This document shows, in pieces, positions 33,052 to 43,954 of a stretch of DNA of 64,000 nucleotides; position 1 is the first letter of the stretch; every line of letters begins with the position of its first letter. This DNA is from an uncultured Gemmatimonadales bacterium (GTDB lineage Bacteria; Gemmatimonadota; Gemmatimonadetes; Gemmatimonadales; GWC2-71-9), in NCBI GenBank assembly GCA_963695555.1, contig CAVOGR010000001.1, positions 192,001 to 256,000 on the forward strand, read 5' to 3'. The notes beneath the pieces are model-generated. The model saw nothing but the letters and a program-made list of their open reading frames with translations, ran no database searches and was not told the origin of the DNA. A program made the position numbers and the translations under genes.

Positions 33052-34779
33052 CTAGAACCGATGCTCGAGCCGGGCGGTCAGGCGAACGGGCTCGCCATCG
33101 GTGAGGGCCTTGGCCAGGTACACGCCCAGCCCGCCGAGATCCAGTCCAACGCCCACGTCGGCCTTCCAGAGGTCCAGCGACGGCAGCCGGTCGTGTGGGA
33201 CGCGTCCCGGTCCGTCGCCCGAGAGCCATGCCATCCCCATATCGGTGAAGAACACCAGGTCCGCTTCATCGAGGCCAATCATTCGCTGCACCCCGAGATG
33301 GGCCCGCTCCAGGATTCGGCTCGCGGCTCCGAGCCGGAGCCGGGTCCGAAACTCCCCTTGTACCAGCGCCATGCGGTCGCAGAAGGCCGTGCGGCCCGGA
33401 TTCGGCACCCCTGACGGTGCACAGGTCAGGTGGCGGAATCGGTATCCGGGAAGAAGCCCGGGGCCGCCGAGCGAGTAGCGTCGTTGGATCGGGAGCGGGT
33501 CGCCCCCGAGCCATCCCGCTGCGAGCAGGCGAACGCGCACCCGGCTCCCGGGGGAGAGGCGGAAGTAACGTCGCGCATCCACCTGCAGCCGACTGAAGGC
33601 ATAGGATCCATCGATCGGGATGGGGGAGCGGATGGTGGTCGGCAGCGTGATCGGCGCGACGTCCTCGCTCTCACCGTACTGATAAACAGCTTGCACCCAC
33701 CACCCGGACGCGCCCGAGTCGCGACTGTGGCGCGTGTCCAGACTCAGCGTCACGTCGGCGGTCAGGAAGTGTCCATCGTCGATGAGCGGGTTGGCGCGCC
33801 AGCGGTCGCTGTTTCGGAACAGCGACCAGGGGTCGCTCTCGCGAACCGATCGCTCTTTGTCGCGGTGGAGCCCGACATCGATTCGGAATCCGCGAGTGGG
33901 CTGCAGGTATCCATATCCACCGAATCCCTGGGCCTCGAACAGATCACGGTGGTCCCGTTGCAGGAGAAACGCCGACCAGCCCGATTCGACGGCCGACAGC
34001 GGCTGCTCCTCGATCGCCCGCATCTCGCTTTGGGCGGTGACGCCGATCCCGATGATGGGCAGGGCGCTCCGGCGCCACTCGAGTTGTGTCGCATAGCCGA
34101 AGTCGCGCCGCAGGTTGGATTCATCGGGTGCGGTCCGGAGGATGCCGCGGAGATCGAGCTCCACCCTGGCACCGGGAGACGGACGCCACTCGAACAGCGG
34201 TCCGAACTGGATCGGCAACCCCTCCACGCGGTTGTACGTGTGACCGGTGGTGAGCCGGAGCGTGGTTCGGAGGTCGCCCGATTGGAATGATGCGGACGCC
34301 TGGGGTATCGACCGTCCGCGGGACCGGATCGCGAGCAACCCGGACAGGTCCCGCGTGACCGGGGCCGATTCGGCAAAGGAGCGCGCGGTGCCTGAGTGAA
34401 CGCCGCCCGGCCGGACTAGGAGTATGCCTCCGACGATGAGCGCATCGCCATGCACGGCGCCGCCAGGCTCGACGATGAGATCGCCGTTCAGGACGGTTAC
34501 GGGTCCGTCGATCGTGCCATGGACCCGCATGGTGCCGCGGAAGAGGCCGAACCGGCCACGGAGCGCCGTGCCGTGTGGTACGACGACGTCGCCGGCAAAC
34601 CGGATGGTCGCCGAGTCGTTGTAGGCGGCGACGGCCTCTTCGAGGACGGCCTGGGGTGGGCCGGCCTGGCGTCCAGGCTCGCCGAACGGCACCGTCGGAT
34701 CGATGACGATGACACTGTCTTGGGCGGCCAGCGCGGCCGGTGCCCAGAGGATGGCGAGCGCGAGCATCAAGGGCTTCAT
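33052..34779 (-). CDS. Omp85/BamA-TamA-like outer membrane beta-barrel with N-terminal bactofilin-like beta-helix
   Basis: Signal peptide, GDVVV/GPVTVLNGDL/GDALIVGG repeats, YNRVEG, LGGPGLLPGY, FFTD.G.AW, C-terminal RLEHRF. Confidence 0.7.
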   Translation of the reverse strand: MKPLMLALAILWAPAALAAQDSVIVIDPTVPFGEPGRQAGPPQAVLEEAVAAYNDSATIRFAGDVVVPHGTALRGRFGLFRGTMRVHGTIDGPVTVLNGDLIVEPGGAVHGDALIVGGILLVRPGGVHSGTARSFAESAPVTRDLSGLLAIRSRGRSIPQASASFQSGDLRTTLRLTTGHTYNRVEGLPIQFGPLFEWRPSPGARVELDLRGILRTAPDESNLRRDFGYATQLEWRRSALPIIGIGVTAQSEMRAIEEQPLSAVESGWSAFLLQRDHRDLFEAQGFGGYGYLQPTRGFRIDVGLHRDKERSVRESDPWSLFRNSDRWRANPLIDDGHFLTADVTLSLDTRHSRDSGASGWWVQAVYQYGESEDVAPITLPTTIRSPIPIDGSYAFSRLQVDARRYFRLSPGSRVRVRLLAAGWLGGDPLPIQRRYSLGGPGLLPGYRFRHLTCAPSGVPNPGRTAFCDRMALVQGEFRTRLRLGAASRILERAHLGVQRMIGLDEADLVFFTDMGMAWLSGDGPGRVPHDRLPSLDLWKADVGVGLDLGGLGVYLAKALTDGEPVRLTARLEHRF

Positions 34780-34850
34780 CCCCGACTCCCATGCAGGCTG
34801 TGGGTAACGTGATGCGGGCACTGGGTGGTGCTCCGCTGGTGCTCAGGTGG

Positions 34851-36212
34851 TTAGGTCCCCGGCGAGATGCCGAGGCGCCTCATGCGACGATAGAGATTAG
34901 CCCGGTCCGTGTCGAGCGCGCGTGCCGCTTCGGACACGTTGCCCGACGCGTGATCGAGGGCCGACTGGATGAGCGATCGCTCGAAGTCCGCCAGCGCGTC
35001 GTGCATCGACGCGCGCGGCCTCGAGATTGACGGGGTTGGAAGAGCTGTCTTCGTGGCGGGTTGGAGGACCCGGCGGATGTCCGGCTCGTCGATCTCTGGC
35101 CCAGCCAGGATAGTGGCGCGCTCGACGACGTTGGCGAGTTCCCGGACGTTGCCGGGCCACACATAGTTGGCCAGGCGGTTGAGGGCGCCGTTGGTGAAGG
35201 TCGGCGGTGTGCGCGGGCGGATGCGCCGGGCCAAGTGAGCGACCAGGGCCGGCAGATCTTCGAGCCGCTCCCGGAGCGGGGGGATGGGGATCAGGAACAC
35301 CGCCAGCCGGAAGAAGAGATCTTCGCGGAAAGACTTCGACTCAACCGCGAGTTCCAGCCGGTGGTTGGTTGCGGCAATGATCCGGACGTCAACCGTGGTG
35401 CTGGTCTCCGATCCGATGCGGTCGAGCTGGCCGGTTTCCAGGGTACGCAACACCTTCGCTTGGGCCTCGAGGCCGAGATCGCCCACCTCGTCGAGAAGCA
35501 GCGTGCCCCGATCCGCCAGCTCGAACCGCCCCAAGCGGCGATCGACCGCGCCGGTGAAGGCGCCTCGCTCGTGTCCGAACAGCTCCGATTCGATGAGGTC
35601 ACGCGGGATTGCCGCACAGTTGACCGGCACGAAGGGGTGATCATGCCGGAGACTCTGCCGGTGGATGGCGGCCGCGACCAGTTCCTTGCCGGTGCCGGAC
35701 TCGCCGGTGATCAGCACGCGCGCCTCGGTTGGTGCCACCTGCGCGATCAGCTCCCGAACGCCGCGCATGGCGGGGCTATCGCCCACCAGGTCCGCCGCCG
35801 GAGACAACGCCCGGCGCAGGGCGCGATTCTCAACCCGGGTGCGGTGGAGCTGGAGGGCTGCGCGCAGGGTCGTCAACACGGAGTCCGGGCTGAGCGGCTT
35901 CTCCAGGAATTGGAATGCGCCGAGCTGGGTTGCCCGAACAGCGTCCTGAAGGCCCGCCTTTCCGCTCATCATGATGACCGGGACATCGCTCGCGTTGGCC
36001 TGAAGCTCGGCGAGCACCGCGAGCCCGTCGGGGCCGGGTGGTGGCATGAGGAGGTCGAGCAACACGGCATCGGGCAGGTGCTCTTGCACTGCCTGAAGCG
36101 CTGCGTGCCCGTTGGCCGCCTGATCGACCACGAAGCCCTCGGCCCGGAGCAGGGCGCCGAGCATCCGGAGGATGTTGGCCTCATCATCGACGAGCAGTAC
36201 GCGTGGGGCCAT
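34851..36212 (-). CDS. Sigma54-dependent response regulator (NtrC/NtrX family)
   Basis: Receiver, GESGTGKE, ESELFGHERGAFTGA, LDEV, FREDLFFRL, WPGNVREL, Fis-type HTH. Confidence 0.96.
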   Translation of the reverse strand: MAPRVLLVDDEANILRMLGALLRAEGFVVDQAANGHAALQAVQEHLPDAVLLDLLMPPPGPDGLAVLAELQANASDVPVIMMSGKAGLQDAVRATQLGAFQFLEKPLSPDSVLTTLRAALQLHRTRVENRALRRALSPAADLVGDSPAMRGVRELIAQVAPTEARVLITGESGTGKELVAAAIHRQSLRHDHPFVPVNCAAIPRDLIESELFGHERGAFTGAVDRRLGRFELADRGTLLLDEVGDLGLEAQAKVLRTLETGQLDRIGSETSTTVDVRIIAATNHRLELAVESKSFREDLFFRLAVFLIPIPPLRERLEDLPALVAHLARRIRPRTPPTFTNGALNRLANYVWPGNVRELANVVERATILAGPEIDEPDIRRVLQPATKTALPTPSISRPRASMHDALADFERSLIQSALDHASGNVSEAARALDTDRANLYRRMRRLGISPGT

Positions 36213-36221
36213 GGCGTGGTG

Positions 36222-37439
36222 TTAGGGGGTGTCCCCTGAGTCTGGTGTCATGCCATCGACCGGGAGTGTCACGATGGCGGTGGTCCCGCCACCGTCGGAC
36301 GGGCGGAGTTCGAGCGAGCCCTGATGGTGTTCGATTGTTTGTTTCGCGAGAGCGAGGCCGAGTCCCGTGCCCGAGTGTTTCCGGGTGAAGTAGGGCTCGA
36401 AGACGCGGGCCTGGTCCTCGGGCCGAATGCCGGGGCCGTGGTCGCGGATTTGGATCTGCACCTGGGCCCGCCCGGCTTCAGCCAAGTGCACTTCGATGGA
36501 CCCGGCTCCCTCCATGGCTTCGGCGGCGTTGGTGATCAGGTTGCCGAATGCGCGCCGAAGCGGGTCGTACTGACCGTGGATCGTGGGCAGGGTCGGGGAG
36601 ACCTGGAGCGTGTGGCTCACTCGAGGCGACAGCGTGGTGCGTGCCAGCTCGGTCAGCAATTCGGCCAGGTCGATTTCGGCCCGGGGGCCCTGGGGCAGGC
36701 GGCCGAACTCGCTGAATTCCTGGGCCATGTGCTCCAGTCGCGCCGACTCGGTCTCGAGGACGTCGAGGGTTTCCGTTGGCACCGTACCCTGAGTGGTGCG
36801 GAGTTGGGCGACCGCCAGTCGGATTGGAGTGAGCGGGTTCTTCATCTCGTGCGCCACCCGCCGCGCTACCTCCTGGAAGGCGCGGAGCCGCTCCGCCTCG
36901 AGTTCCTTGGCGCGTCCCGCCTCGAGCCCGGCTGCCATCTCCTGGAGCCCGGCCCGGAGTGCGGCAAACTCCGGAGCGCCCTTTTGCGGCGGTCCATCGG
37001 GGAGCGGTTCGTGACGGCGGATGTGCTCGGTCCAGCCAATGAGTTCGTCGATGGGGCGGCTCAGTTGCCGGGCGAGGTGTCCCGACAGCCGGACGGACGC
37101 ATAGACCAGGAGCGCTCCGGCGGAGAGGAGGGCGAGGGCGAAGCCCGCGGCGTAGTAGCGGCTGAAGGCGGCGGCTTGCCGTGCTTGGCCCAATGCCGCG
37201 TTCAGCTCCTCGGTGTGGGCCGCGAGCGCCTTACGGCCGGCCTGATCCAATCGCGTGGTGTCGATGGTACCGACCAGTGCGCGCCCCGAGGTGCCCAGCC
37301 GGCTGATGGTCGACTCGGCGCTGGCCACGGGATTGCTCTGCCGGACGGTCATGGCCCAACCCACGACCAGGACCGCGGTGGGCAGGGCGCCGAGGGCGAT
37401 CAGGATGAGCAGGATGCGCTTTCGGAACGGCAGGGCCAT
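36222..37439 (-). CDS. Sensor histidine kinase (HAMP; NtrY-like)
   Basis: Two TM helices, ARRVAHEMKNPLTPI, NLITNA, DHGPGI, FEPYFT, GTGLGL. Confidence 0.94.
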   Translation of the reverse strand: MALPFRKRILLILIALGALPTAVLVVGWAMTVRQSNPVASAESTISRLGTSGRALVGTIDTTRLDQAGRKALAAHTEELNAALGQARQAAAFSRYYAAGFALALLSAGALLVYASVRLSGHLARQLSRPIDELIGWTEHIRRHEPLPDGPPQKGAPEFAALRAGLQEMAAGLEAGRAKELEAERLRAFQEVARRVAHEMKNPLTPIRLAVAQLRTTQGTVPTETLDVLETESARLEHMAQEFSEFGRLPQGPRAEIDLAELLTELARTTLSPRVSHTLQVSPTLPTIHGQYDPLRRAFGNLITNAAEAMEGAGSIEVHLAEAGRAQVQIQIRDHGPGIRPEDQARVFEPYFTRKHSGTGLGLALAKQTIEHHQGSLELRPSDGGGTTAIVTLPVDGMTPDSGDTP

Positions 37440-37515
37440 GGGTGGGAAGATAGCGCACGGTCGCGGAGCGTAGGAATCGCCCGAAGCCAACGCCTCATAT
37501 CGAAGTGGCGCCCGC

Positions 37516-38754
37516 TCATTCCGATCTGGATGGTGTCACACGGATCTGCCCTGTCGCCATTATCCCCAATGCGATCGCGATACCGCCGGCGAGCCACTCG
37601 GACCAATGGCCAATGTGCAGGCCGAAGGCCGCGGGAATAACCCCAAGCGCAAGCGGTAGGAGAATCCCGACCCAGATGATCGCCGACCTTCTGTGGGACA
37701 GGGCTGCCCAGTAGGCCAAGGGGAGGATCAGGGCTACCAGCCAGAGACCGTTGATGACCCGTGCCTCGGGACCCAGGCCCCACCCGAATGGAAGCAACAA
37801 GGCCCACCCGAGTGAAGTGGAGAGGGCGAGACGTCGATTCCGCCACCGCTCGTCCACGAGCGCGCCCGCATAGAGCTGCCCGTTGTCTAGTCCGCCCCAC
37901 GCAACAACGGTATTGCCGGGGCCCTTGGGAACTACTCCACCGAGCCTGATCCGTGGCGACCTGAGTCGCCAGGCGCTGGCCCTGAGACGAACTCCGACGG
38001 CTACATCGTTGCCGCGTTGGGCCACGACAGCCAGGCTCCGGTTGTCGGATGACGTGAGCGCGGCAATTGGCGCAACGCTACCTGGCGTTGCGTTACCCGT
38101 GATGAACTTGACGAGAACGGGCGCCCCCGAGAGGAGCGCCGTACGGTACTCGGCGGGCCGCGGCGCCGCATCGTGTGGGATTGCACGGCCCCCGACCCGA
38201 GCCTGGAGCACGGTTCCCCCAAACGCCTCATGTCCGGGCCAAGCTGGCGACACGATGCCGTACCATGGCCCGGCCGGCAGATCTGGCTGCAGCAGGGCTG
38301 CCGTGGTCAGGAACACCGTGAGCACCGCCACCATCCCGCCCAAGAAGAGCCGGCCGGCATGTCGAGGGGAAGGGAACACCAGCCCGCGCCAGTGGTGAGC
38401 CAGGAATCCCCCGAGGATTCCCCCCGAGGTGTTGGTGATGAGGTCGCTCACGCTGGCGTCGCGCCCCGCGATCGTGATGATCTGAAGTGATTCGACTGCG
38501 AGACTGGTAAGGAAACAGGCTATCGCGATGCGGGTGATCGACCATCCCATCCGTTCGAGCCCCACCCCAAGCGGGAGGAACAGAGCCACGTTGAGAATGA
38601 CGTCGATCGAGCCCAGGGAGCCGCACACGAGGCACCAGAACGGGGTCTCGGCGGCCCGGTATTCATTCAGTGGCAACGGCGTTAGGGTCGCGGCGGCTAT
38701 GACGAGCAGCCCCACGGCGATGACAATACCCCCCAGGCGCTTTTGTCGCGTCAA
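37516..38754 (-). CDS. VanZ family membrane protein with extended C-terminus
   Basis: TL.P, D...NVALFLPLG, E..Q...GR..S..D...N..GG. Confidence 0.8.
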   Translation of the reverse strand: MTRQKRLGGIVIAVGLLVIAAATLTPLPLNEYRAAETPFWCLVCGSLGSIDVILNVALFLPLGVGLERMGWSITRIAIACFLTSLAVESLQIITIAGRDASVSDLITNTSGGILGGFLAHHWRGLVFPSPRHAGRLFLGGMVAVLTVFLTTAALLQPDLPAGPWYGIVSPAWPGHEAFGGTVLQARVGGRAIPHDAAPRPAEYRTALLSGAPVLVKFITGNATPGSVAPIAALTSSDNRSLAVVAQRGNDVAVGVRLRASAWRLRSPRIRLGGVVPKGPGNTVVAWGGLDNGQLYAGALVDERWRNRRLALSTSLGWALLLPFGWGLGPEARVINGLWLVALILPLAYWAALSHRRSAIIWVGILLPLALGVIPAAFGLHIGHWSEWLAGGIAIALGIMATGQIRVTPSRSE

Positions 38755-38801
38755 CCCAACACTCCACTAAGGCCGTGGTGGAGAGTAGCTTACCACCTCG
38801 C

Positions 38802-38817
38802 TGGCACCAATAGTGCA
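38802..38817 (+). promoter_or_regulatory. Candidate sigma54 (-24/-12) promoter of the plus-strand EPS operon
   Basis: TGGCAC-CAATA-GTGCA; GG-N10-GC spacing is exact. Confidence 0.6.
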
Positions 38818-38946
38818 TATTGAGAACGGTTGCCCTGGAGTGCCGCTGCCCAGTGTGGTCAGCCGGGTACGCCTCACGCACTGCTTCCTCGCCTCACCCA
38901 ACCTCGACGGCTGTCGGCGCGGGGTGAAGGCTCGCTCGGAGGTTGA

Positions 38947-39930
38947 ATGACGGACCGTCAATTCAGGTGCCTGGTAACTGGAGGAGCCGGCTTCGTGGGA
39001 TCCCACGTCGCCGAGCGACTCTCCGGGCTCGGGCATCCCACCACCGTGGTGGACAATCTCTCGACCGGAAACGTCCGGAACCTCGACTCGTTCCGGGACC
39101 GCGTGACATTCGTCCAGGGAGATTTGACCGATCCGGCAGTGTGTCGCCGCGTGGCGGAGGAGGCCGACGTGGTGTTCCACCTGGCTGCCCTGCCGAGTGT
39201 GCCCCGCTCCATGGCCGATCCGTGGGCATCGCATGAGCACAACGTCAACGCCACCGTGCGGCTCCTGCTGGCGTGCCGGGATGCGGGGGTTCGTCGCTTT
39301 GTCTACTCGAGCTCCAGCTCGGTGTACGGTGACACGCCGACCCTTCCAAAGGTCGAGAGCATGGAACTCGAGCCGCGATCGCCGTACGCTGCTGCGAAGC
39401 TGTCGGGCGAGCAGTACATCCTCGCCTTTGCGCGCGCCGGCATGATCGAGGGCGTCGCGCTTCGCTACTTCAACGTCTTTGGCCCGCGCCAGGATCCCAG
39501 TTCGGCATATGCAGCGGTCATCCCGGCCTTCCTGACGGCACTGATCGAGGGTCGTCCGGTGACCGTGTATGGCGATGGGCACCAGACGAGGGATTTCACG
39601 TATGTGGACAATGTGGTCGACGCGAATGTACTCGCCGCGACACTTCCGGCGGATCGGGTGAACGGACAGGTCGTGAATATTGGGGCCGGGCAACGGACCT
39701 CGCTCAGGGAGTTGGTAGGGATCATAGAATCCGTCACCGGGCAGTCGCTTCCTATCGAGGAAATGCCGGCTAGGGTCGGGGATGTCCGCGACTCGCTGGC
39801 GAGCCTCGACCGGGCCCAGGCGGTGCTCGGGTTTGTGCCCTCCGTGCCGCTCGAGGATGGGCTTCATCGGACGTGGGCGTGGGTGCAGGCCGATCGTGAA
39901 ACAGCATCTCCCGGCCGGAAGGCGGGCTGA
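38947..39930 (+). CDS. NAD-dependent nucleotide-sugar epimerase (UDP-GlcNAc/UDP-Glc 4-epimerase, WbpP-like)
   Basis: TGGAGFVGS, HLAA..SVPRS, SSSSVYG, PYAAAK, RYFNVFGPRQDP, RDFTYV. Confidence 0.92.
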   Translation: MTDRQFRCLVTGGAGFVGSHVAERLSGLGHPTTVVDNLSTGNVRNLDSFRDRVTFVQGDLTDPAVCRRVAEEADVVFHLAALPSVPRSMADPWASHEHNVNATVRLLLACRDAGVRRFVYSSSSSVYGDTPTLPKVESMELEPRSPYAAAKLSGEQYILAFARAGMIEGVALRYFNVFGPRQDPSSAYAAVIPAFLTALIEGRPVTVYGDGHQTRDFTYVDNVVDANVLAATLPADRVNGQVVNIGAGQRTSLRELVGIIESVTGQSLPIEEMPARVGDVRDSLASLDRAQAVLGFVPSVPLEDGLHRTWAWVQADRETASPGRKAG

Positions 39931-39993
39931 TGATCCCATGCTCGTCCTATTACACCGTTTGATCTCGGGTTTCGCAGATCGTCCGGATTCGGT

Positions 39994-41114
39994 GTGAGCA
40001 AGATCCGGGTCGTGTTCTGCCTCGACAACATGCGGATTGGGGGTACCGAGCTCAATGCCGTTCGCACGGCGGAGCGGCTCGACAGAGCGCGGTTCGACCT
40101 TCGGGTCGCGGCGCTCCAGAAGGACGGGCCGTTGCTCGCGAGGTACGAGAGCGCCGGGATACCGGTGACACATTTTCCGATTCCGAGCTTATACGGTCCG
40201 AAAACGCTCTATCAGGGGGCGAGGTTGGCCCGATGGCTTCGGTCGGAAGAGATCCAGATCTTTCACAGTCACGATGTCTACTGCAACATCTTCGGCGGTC
40301 CGTGGGCCAGGCTGTCGGGGGTGGCCGTTATCGAGAGCCGCCGCTGGTGGGATTCACTCCCGCGCCCGGGCCTGAGATTCGCCAACCGGATTGCGTACCG
40401 GTTTGCCGACTGCGTCGTAGCCAACAGTCCGTCGGTGGCCCGGCTGGTCGAACAGGGGGATGGCGTTCCGCCCAGTCGAGTCCAGGTGATCCCGAATTTC
40501 GTTGAAGAGAGTGCGTTCGAGCCGCTTGGGGAAGCCGAGCGTTCGAGGCTTCTTGGGAAATTCGGCATCCCCGCGGATGGGATTATTGTTGGAGTGATTG
40601 CCAGGCTCGCCCCGGTCAAGGACCATGCGACGCTGCTCCAGGCGGCCGCACTGCTACGCGAGCGGTGGCCGGACGTGTGGTACCTGCTGGTGGGCGACGG
40701 TGCGAGCCGGGGAGATCTCATGGCGAAGGCGAGGGACCTGGGACTCGGGATAGGGTGGTCTTTGCCGGACAGCAGCCACATGAACCCAACTTGCATCAAC
40801 TGTTCGACGTGTCGGTGCTCTGCTCGCGGAACGAAGCCTTTCCCAACACCGTCATCGAGGCCATGGCGGCCGGTACCCCCGTCGTCGCGACCGCGGTAGG
40901 CGGAGTGCCTGACGCCATCGAGGATGGTGTGACGGGGCGGCTGGTCCGTGTGTCGGATCCGGGCCACCTTGCTACAGTATTGGAGGAATTGCTGCTAAGC
41001 CCCGATGTGCGGGAAGCCTTGGGGGCGGCGGGTCGGGCGCGTGCGAGGGAGCGTTACATGCCAAACCGGGCGTTGTCCGAGCTCGAGACGCTGTACCAAA
41101 GGCTCGTCGCATAA
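39994..41114 (+). CDS. Glycosyltransferase family 4 (frameshift near 40750)
   Basis: GGTE, ANS, ARL.PVKDH, VGDG; second frame S.NEAFPN.VIEAMAAG.PVVAT.VGG. Confidence 0.88.
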
Positions 41115-42527
41115 TGGCCCGTCGTAGGGAGGGGTGGCGGAGCGCGGGGACTCAGGCCGTGCCCGACGTCCGGCCTCCGGTGAGCGCGGCCGCGGCGCCT
41201 CGAGGAACTTCCAGCGCACTCCCGGGCGGGTTCAACCTGCGGAACGACATTCGGCGGGAATTCGCCGATCTCAAGGCGATCGAATGGTCGTTGGTCTTCG
41301 TTGGGTTCCTGGGCTACATCTTCGTCTTTACGACTTACAAGCTCCCGATCGGTGATGTGTCCATTGGTATCGCGCTATTTGGGACTCTTGGTGCAGCGGC
41401 ACCGGTTCCGGTTTACCCGTCTTCAGGTATGGTTCGGGTTGTTCATTCTGTGGGCCGCCTTGGGGTATTTCACCACAATCTATCCAGACTACGTATCGCA
41501 ACAGCTCACCGACCTGGTCAAGATTTGGCTGATCGTTCTGGTTGCGACCAACGCCCTCCGCTCGCCCGAGCAGATTCGTTTCTTTACCGTCTTCTTCGTT
41601 GGGTGGTTTGCCTTCTACCCGGCGCGCGGTGCCATTCTCAACCACTTGAGCGGCGATCCGTACTATGCCCGGGCGGCATGGAACAACTTGTTCGAGAATT
41701 CCAACGATCTGGCGGCCCTGTCTATCCTGCAGCTTTCCATGGCTGCCGGGCTGATCGCGACAGAGCGTAAGGGTCTGGTGCGCCTCGGAGCGATGGTGGC
41801 CGTGGTCACACTCCCTGTTCTGGTGTTTTTCACAAAGTCTCGTGGTGCAATTATTGCCCTGGTGCTCTTCGCTCTCTTCACCCTTCGAGGTAAGCTCAGT
41901 TTGAAGACCATCCTGCCCCTAGTTCTAGTTGGGGCAATTGCGGTTGCCCTTGCCCCTTCGGACTTGTGGACCAGGTTGTCCGGGCTCTCGAAATTCTCCA
42001 CTGCGACCGGCGCCGATCTCAGGCAGGTCGACCCCGAGGGCTCTGCCGAGGCGCGCTGGTACATACTGGTCATCGCCTCCCAGATCGTCCGGGACCACCC
42101 CACGGTGGGTGTCGGCGTCGGGGCGTACCCGTGGGCCCACTGGGCCTATTCGCCCCGGAACGCCAACTTGCCGTGGTTCGCGCGCGGGCCCAAGGATACC
42201 CATAACACCTACATGAACCTTGCGGCGGAAACCGGTCTTGCCGGTCTCGCGCTCTTCCTCGGGTTGATCGGCGCAATTGTCGCTCGCGTCGAGCACGTCC
42301 GTCGACGAGTGCGCCGATCGTTGCCCGCGGCCTCCCGACAGCTGGTCTATCTCGAAGCGGGGTTGGCCGCTTATCTACTTGCCGGGGTGTTCGGTTCCTT
42401 CGCGAAGCTCCCATTTCTCTACATCCATCTCGCCCTCATGCTTGCCGTGAGCAGCACCATCATGCGAAACGCTGCGCAGCTGAGCCAATCCGCCAGTGGT
42501 GGCTCGCCGGACCAGCGCAGAGCATGA
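41114..42527 (+). CDS. O-antigen ligase / Wzy-like polymerase (frameshift near 41380)
   Basis: Multi-TM protein; N.NDLA, T.SRG, HP.VGVG.G, HNTY..AETG. Confidence 0.85.
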
Positions 42528-43954
42528 CGCGCCTGGATTCGCTCGGGCACCTTGCCGTCCGTATGCGAGACGGCCTGTCGGCCGGGATCTTGGTGCCGCT
42601 TTACCAACTGCAGCGACGTATACGGCCCTCCACGCGCGCAGCGTTGTTGCGTTTTCGCGAGGGGATGCGATTCCGGAACGCTGCACTCGGATGGACCGAA
42701 ACCGAGAAACAGCAGTGGACGCTAACACGATTGCGCATGGTGGTACGGCACGCCAACCAGAACACCACGTATTATCGAGATCTTTTTCAGCGCATTGGCT
42801 TCGATCCGGCGCGCGATTTTGGGTTCGAGGACTATGCCCAGCTTCCGGTGCTCGAACGAGAAGATGTGCAGCAAGCCGGCCTCACACTCGTTTCGACTGA
42901 CATACCACCCCGGCAGCTTCGCAAGGACGCGACCGGGGGTTCGAGTGGCAAGCCGGTCGAGATTTGGCTGGGGCCCGAAGAACGGGGGTGGCGAGAGAGC
43001 GGCATCGACTGGTTCATGCTCCGCATCGGAGTACCCCGGGGAAGCCGGGTGGCCTATCTCTGGGGGCACAACCTTGATCCTGTTGCGAGCGATCGTTTCA
43101 GCGACCGAATGCGCGATTTCGTCCAGAACGCCACCTGGTTGGATTGTTTTCGTCTCTCGGCTGCAGAACTCGAACGATACCATAGGCTACTCACGACACG
43201 GCCACCCAAGTGTATCGTCGCCTACGCGAAGGCGCTGGCCGACCTTGCAGTGGTGATTCGCGAGAGGGACGAACGGCCCAATTATCCCACACGCTGCCTG
43301 GTGACCGGTGCCGAGAAACTCCTGCCGCATCATCGGCAAGTGGTGGAACAAGTGTTCAACTGCCGAGTTCATGAGCGCTACGGGAGTCGTGATGTTGGTT
43401 TAATAGGGTTTCAAGTTGGCGTGGCGGCCGGGGGAGGATTTGAAGTTGATTGGGCCAACGTCATGGTAGAAGCCGAGCACGAAGGACCTGAGTCCTCCAT
43501 TCTCATCACGAAGCTGCACGGTGACGGAATGCCCATGCTGCGCTATCGGCTCGGAGACGTGGGGCGGTTCCCGGTCGGAGCCCAGCCCGGTCACCCCAAC
43601 TTTGTCTTGCATGAGGTGCTGGGACGTGAGACGGATCGGATCTTCCTTCCACATGGAGGCTGGATTGACGGGATCGAATTTCCCCACCTAATGAAAGATC
43701 ACCCGGTGCTGGATTTCCAGGTCGTGCAGCGCCAGGACTTGAGCCTCGAAGTGGAATACGTGCCGAGTGGAAGTTTCACTGAGGATAACTATCGACGCAT
43801 CCTCGAAACGCTGCGGGTAAATGTGACCGGAGTCGGCATTACCTTACGGGAAGTACATGAGATACCTCGGGCTGCCTCCAACAAGTGGCGGCCGGTTCGG
43901 ACGGAGGCAGTGCAACCGACCCCGATTCCAGGGAACGACCGTGAACGGCCCTAA
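42524..43954 (+). CDS. Phenylacetate-CoA ligase-like / CapK family adenylate-forming enzyme
   Basis: TGGSSG.P, GAE.L, RYGSRD, MP.LRY..GD, GR..D, K at C-terminus. Confidence 0.85.
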   Translation: MTRLDSLGHLAVRMRDGLSAGILVPLYQLQRRIRPSTRAALLRFREGMRFRNAALGWTETEKQQWTLTRLRMVVRHANQNTTYYRDLFQRIGFDPARDFGFEDYAQLPVLEREDVQQAGLTLVSTDIPPRQLRKDATGGSSGKPVEIWLGPEERGWRESGIDWFMLRIGVPRGSRVAYLWGHNLDPVASDRFSDRMRDFVQNATWLDCFRLSAAELERYHRLLTTRPPKCIVAYAKALADLAVVIRERDERPNYPTRCLVTGAEKLLPHHRQVVEQVFNCRVHERYGSRDVGLIGFQVGVAAGGGFEVDWANVMVEAEHEGPESSILITKLHGDGMPMLRYRLGDVGRFPVGAQPGHPNFVLHEVLGRETDRIFLPHGGWIDGIEFPHLMKDHPVLDFQVVQRQDLSLEVEYVPSGSFTEDNYRRILETLRVNVTGVGITLREVHEIPRAASNKWRPVRTEAVQPTPIPGNDRERP

